64,000 nucleotides of DNA. Origin: Takakia lepidozioides (Eukaryota; Plantae; Bryophyta). A program made the position numbers and the translations under genes. Every line of letters begins with the position of its first letter. The first letter of the stretch is position 1. Positions 61,601 through 64,000 of this stretch are shown here, piece by piece. Below the pieces are notes generated by a model, which was not told the origin of the DNA, did not search any database, and saw only the letters and a list, made by a program, of their open reading frames with translations. The stretch covers positions 16,306,001-16,370,000 of the forward strand of contig CM060733.1 of NCBI GenBank assembly GCA_030704615.1. The letters run 5' to 3'.

Positions 61601-63214
61601 TGTGGATACAGTACACAAAAGGATACGCAAAGCGAGACTCTGTGTATCGCTCGATCTCCCATCTGCGTTCAACTTCAACTTATAGATCTCTTTTCAGCTG
61701 ATACGTTTCCGACCTGGGGGTAATGGCTGCAATTCTCATGTATTGTTTTCAAGCATAAACTTTGCATTCATTGTCTGCTTCCACGTACTGATCTATTTCA
61801 TTCGTTAATGCATGGCTCACTGACCTTAGCTATTACCAAGAAAACTACAACATACACAAGCACATATGTAAAAGCTAAAGTGCATCCTGCAAAAGCTGAT
61901 CACGAGAAGACAAAATATTAAGTAAAAGTGGAGCATTGCTCTCTATGTCCATGTACCAGTTATAGTAGAGTTCTCACACAATTTGGATGAGTGACCTTTT
62001 ATAAGTGGGGTACTAGTTCTTGATTAGTTACTTGATCAAGAAGGCTTATCAAGAAGGCTTATTAGGAAGGCTACCGTATGTCGTAGAATAAATACATCCA
62101 ATACTTCACTCTTTTTCGTCAACGACATCATCATGTGGAAGATTAATAGAAGCAATCTCTAACATGCGGATGTGTACAAATGGTGCATGACAAGTGCATG
62201 ACAAACTGGATAGATGTGTTCGTTTGCATAATTTGCGTCTATTTGCAAATGCTCATCACGTGTGTAAGTCGTATGATAACATTGACCAAGTTCATTTGGG
62301 TGACATTGACAGCACTATCATGAGACCTGAAGTAGTCCAATTGCTTAAATTACAAACCTTTGATCACTTACTATCCTCAATTACAAGGTTGGAACTTGCG
62401 TGTACAGATGGTCGATGGAATCAACAAGATGTTGGCTCCTTTTCTCAGTGGCTTTGGCATGCATTGTCTTATCACGAGCCTGAAATATAGCTACGTTTAA
62501 CTCTTATATCTCCCACAGATCGGCCTCATCTGTTAATTGAACTTGGAGTCATGGAGACGGCTTGTGTTGTGATTGGGTTGATGGGGGGTTGCTTGTAGAG
62601 TCACTGGGTCAAGATAGGGGTGACCTGGTGGGATATGAAGTACATTGTGCATTGTCACTGGAACGTCTTTTTTGTGCACTGTGGTTGTAGGGAAACATCC
62701 AAGTTTTGCCATCATGGCAAATTTTAGGAGCATATTCATCTTCACCATATCTTTGGCTCTTCTCATTCAAGTTTATAGCATCTTCAAGTATGAGCCCTTA
62801 TATGCGGTATCCACCTATATTGTCAATTTTTTGCTGTCACAACAAATCATCATATTCCTAATTGCTATTAGTGAGAATGGACCAGACAAACATATAAAGG
62901 CTCATCTATATATTCCAAGTCTTATTACAAAAAATCCGAATCTCTATAGGTTATTTACCATAAAAAGTTACCACATTTCATTAAAAAAAAAGGCGTCATG
63001 GATTTTTTTTTTCGTAAGATTCATAACAATATTAAAAAAAAAATGACTTACCCAAAATGTGCTTTGAGGGATGAAGAATCTAGAATGAAAACATTCAATC
63101 AAAAGTATTAAGTTAAACAATATTGACGTCCTATTTTGAGCCTCTAAAATAGCTATGTTCGTAAAGTCATGTATGAAATGAAATTATTTGAAATAACAAA
63201 ATTACCTTCCTTAA

Positions 63215-63990
63215 CCCCTAAAGGACGACGCGACTCTTTTTGCCACGCTCCAGTTTGATAGTGGATGGAAGTGAACCCTAAAGATAAATTGTGGATGTCA
63301 GAGAGGAGCACGTGTGGGAATTTACAGTGCCAATAAATCATAAAGGCTATGCTCCCTAGAATTTTTCAAAGTGCCAAGGGGTCAGAAAATCCAGTGTTAA
63401 AGCACCATTGACCTGCCTACGTGGCAGCCAAATGGGCAATCTTCGAAATAACATCTAGGGCTGAAAATTTATCATAATCCCAAATTTTTTGGACAGGGCA
63501 CATTGAAATGTTACTGGGCACTTACTTACCAGAGGAATTGGAAAACATATATCATCTCATGGGTGTAATTGTGAAAGAAGCCAAAACAAGACAATTTACC
63601 ACCCCAGATTTCACATACAAAGCAGCCTATCTGAATTTTTGGAATTTTGGTCTGATTTTTGTGGGAGGCAGTGGTTTAGGTGCCATATAATTAGATTATG
63701 GAGGGCCTTTGTCTAGGAAAATTCAACTCGATATTGTAATATTATGGTCAAACAATTTGCATGCAATTTTTGAATACACTTACAAATTGGGGCATATTAT
63801 TTTGTTATAATCTCCCAAATGTAATGGTCAATTTGCCTACATTTTTTACAGGACGTGAACATAGTAGATATGCACATAAGTATAAGGTTCATCCCCCTGG
63901 ATGATTGGGGGTAAGAAGTTACACCCCCATCCATAAGTGTATATACTCTTTTTTAGTGGGCCCACCAAAAAATAGCTCGTCCTTTAAGGG
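63215..63990. mobile_element. piggyBac MITE, copy B
   Basis: TTAA|CCCCTAAAGGACGA..TCGTCCTTTAAGGG|TTAA. Confidence 0.85.
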
Positions 63991-64000
63991 TTAAACATGT

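Larger units (their letters stand above)
36630..64000 (+). repeat. Segmental duplication copy B
   Basis: Collinear with 1-16907, plus the 9.5-kb gypsy insertion and several indels. Confidence 0.97.

Noticed and set aside
61792-62149. Copy-B-only segment with tctatt/aataga ends as a MITE
   Set aside because: Only a 6-bp inverted match and no TSD; equally explained as a deletion in copy A

Overview
Eukaryotic nuclear DNA from a land plant, probably a non-seed lineage (inferred from the TE types), dominated by transposons. Bases 1-16907 and 36630-64000 are two copies of one large direct duplication. Each copy holds a Mutator-like (MULE) element, a ~181-bp satellite, a PPR remnant, copia remnants and a piggyBac MITE. 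Between the copies lie an apparently intact piggyBac transposon and an inverted pair of intronless RAM2-like GPAT genes, which flank a decayed flavoprotein gene and a copia element. Two transposon-borne DNA methyltransferase systems stand out. (1) The MULE carries, head-to-head with its GCM/WRKY-DDE-SWIM transposase, a multi-exon gene fusing a ParB/Srx-like domain to a beta-class amino (N6A/N4C) methyltransferase. Its introns contain a repeated GTCGAC-centred palindrome, and the element also holds tandem captured RPL32 fragments. (2) Inserted into the second copy of that gene is a Ty3/gypsy element whose pol contains a DNMT3-like C5 methyltransferase and ends in a PHD finger. Its termini are split direct repeats (X-internal-Y-X-Y) rather than ordinary LTRs, with TG..CA ends, a 4-bp target duplication and a possible self-priming site. 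Domain calls come from motif recognition by eye; no searches were run.
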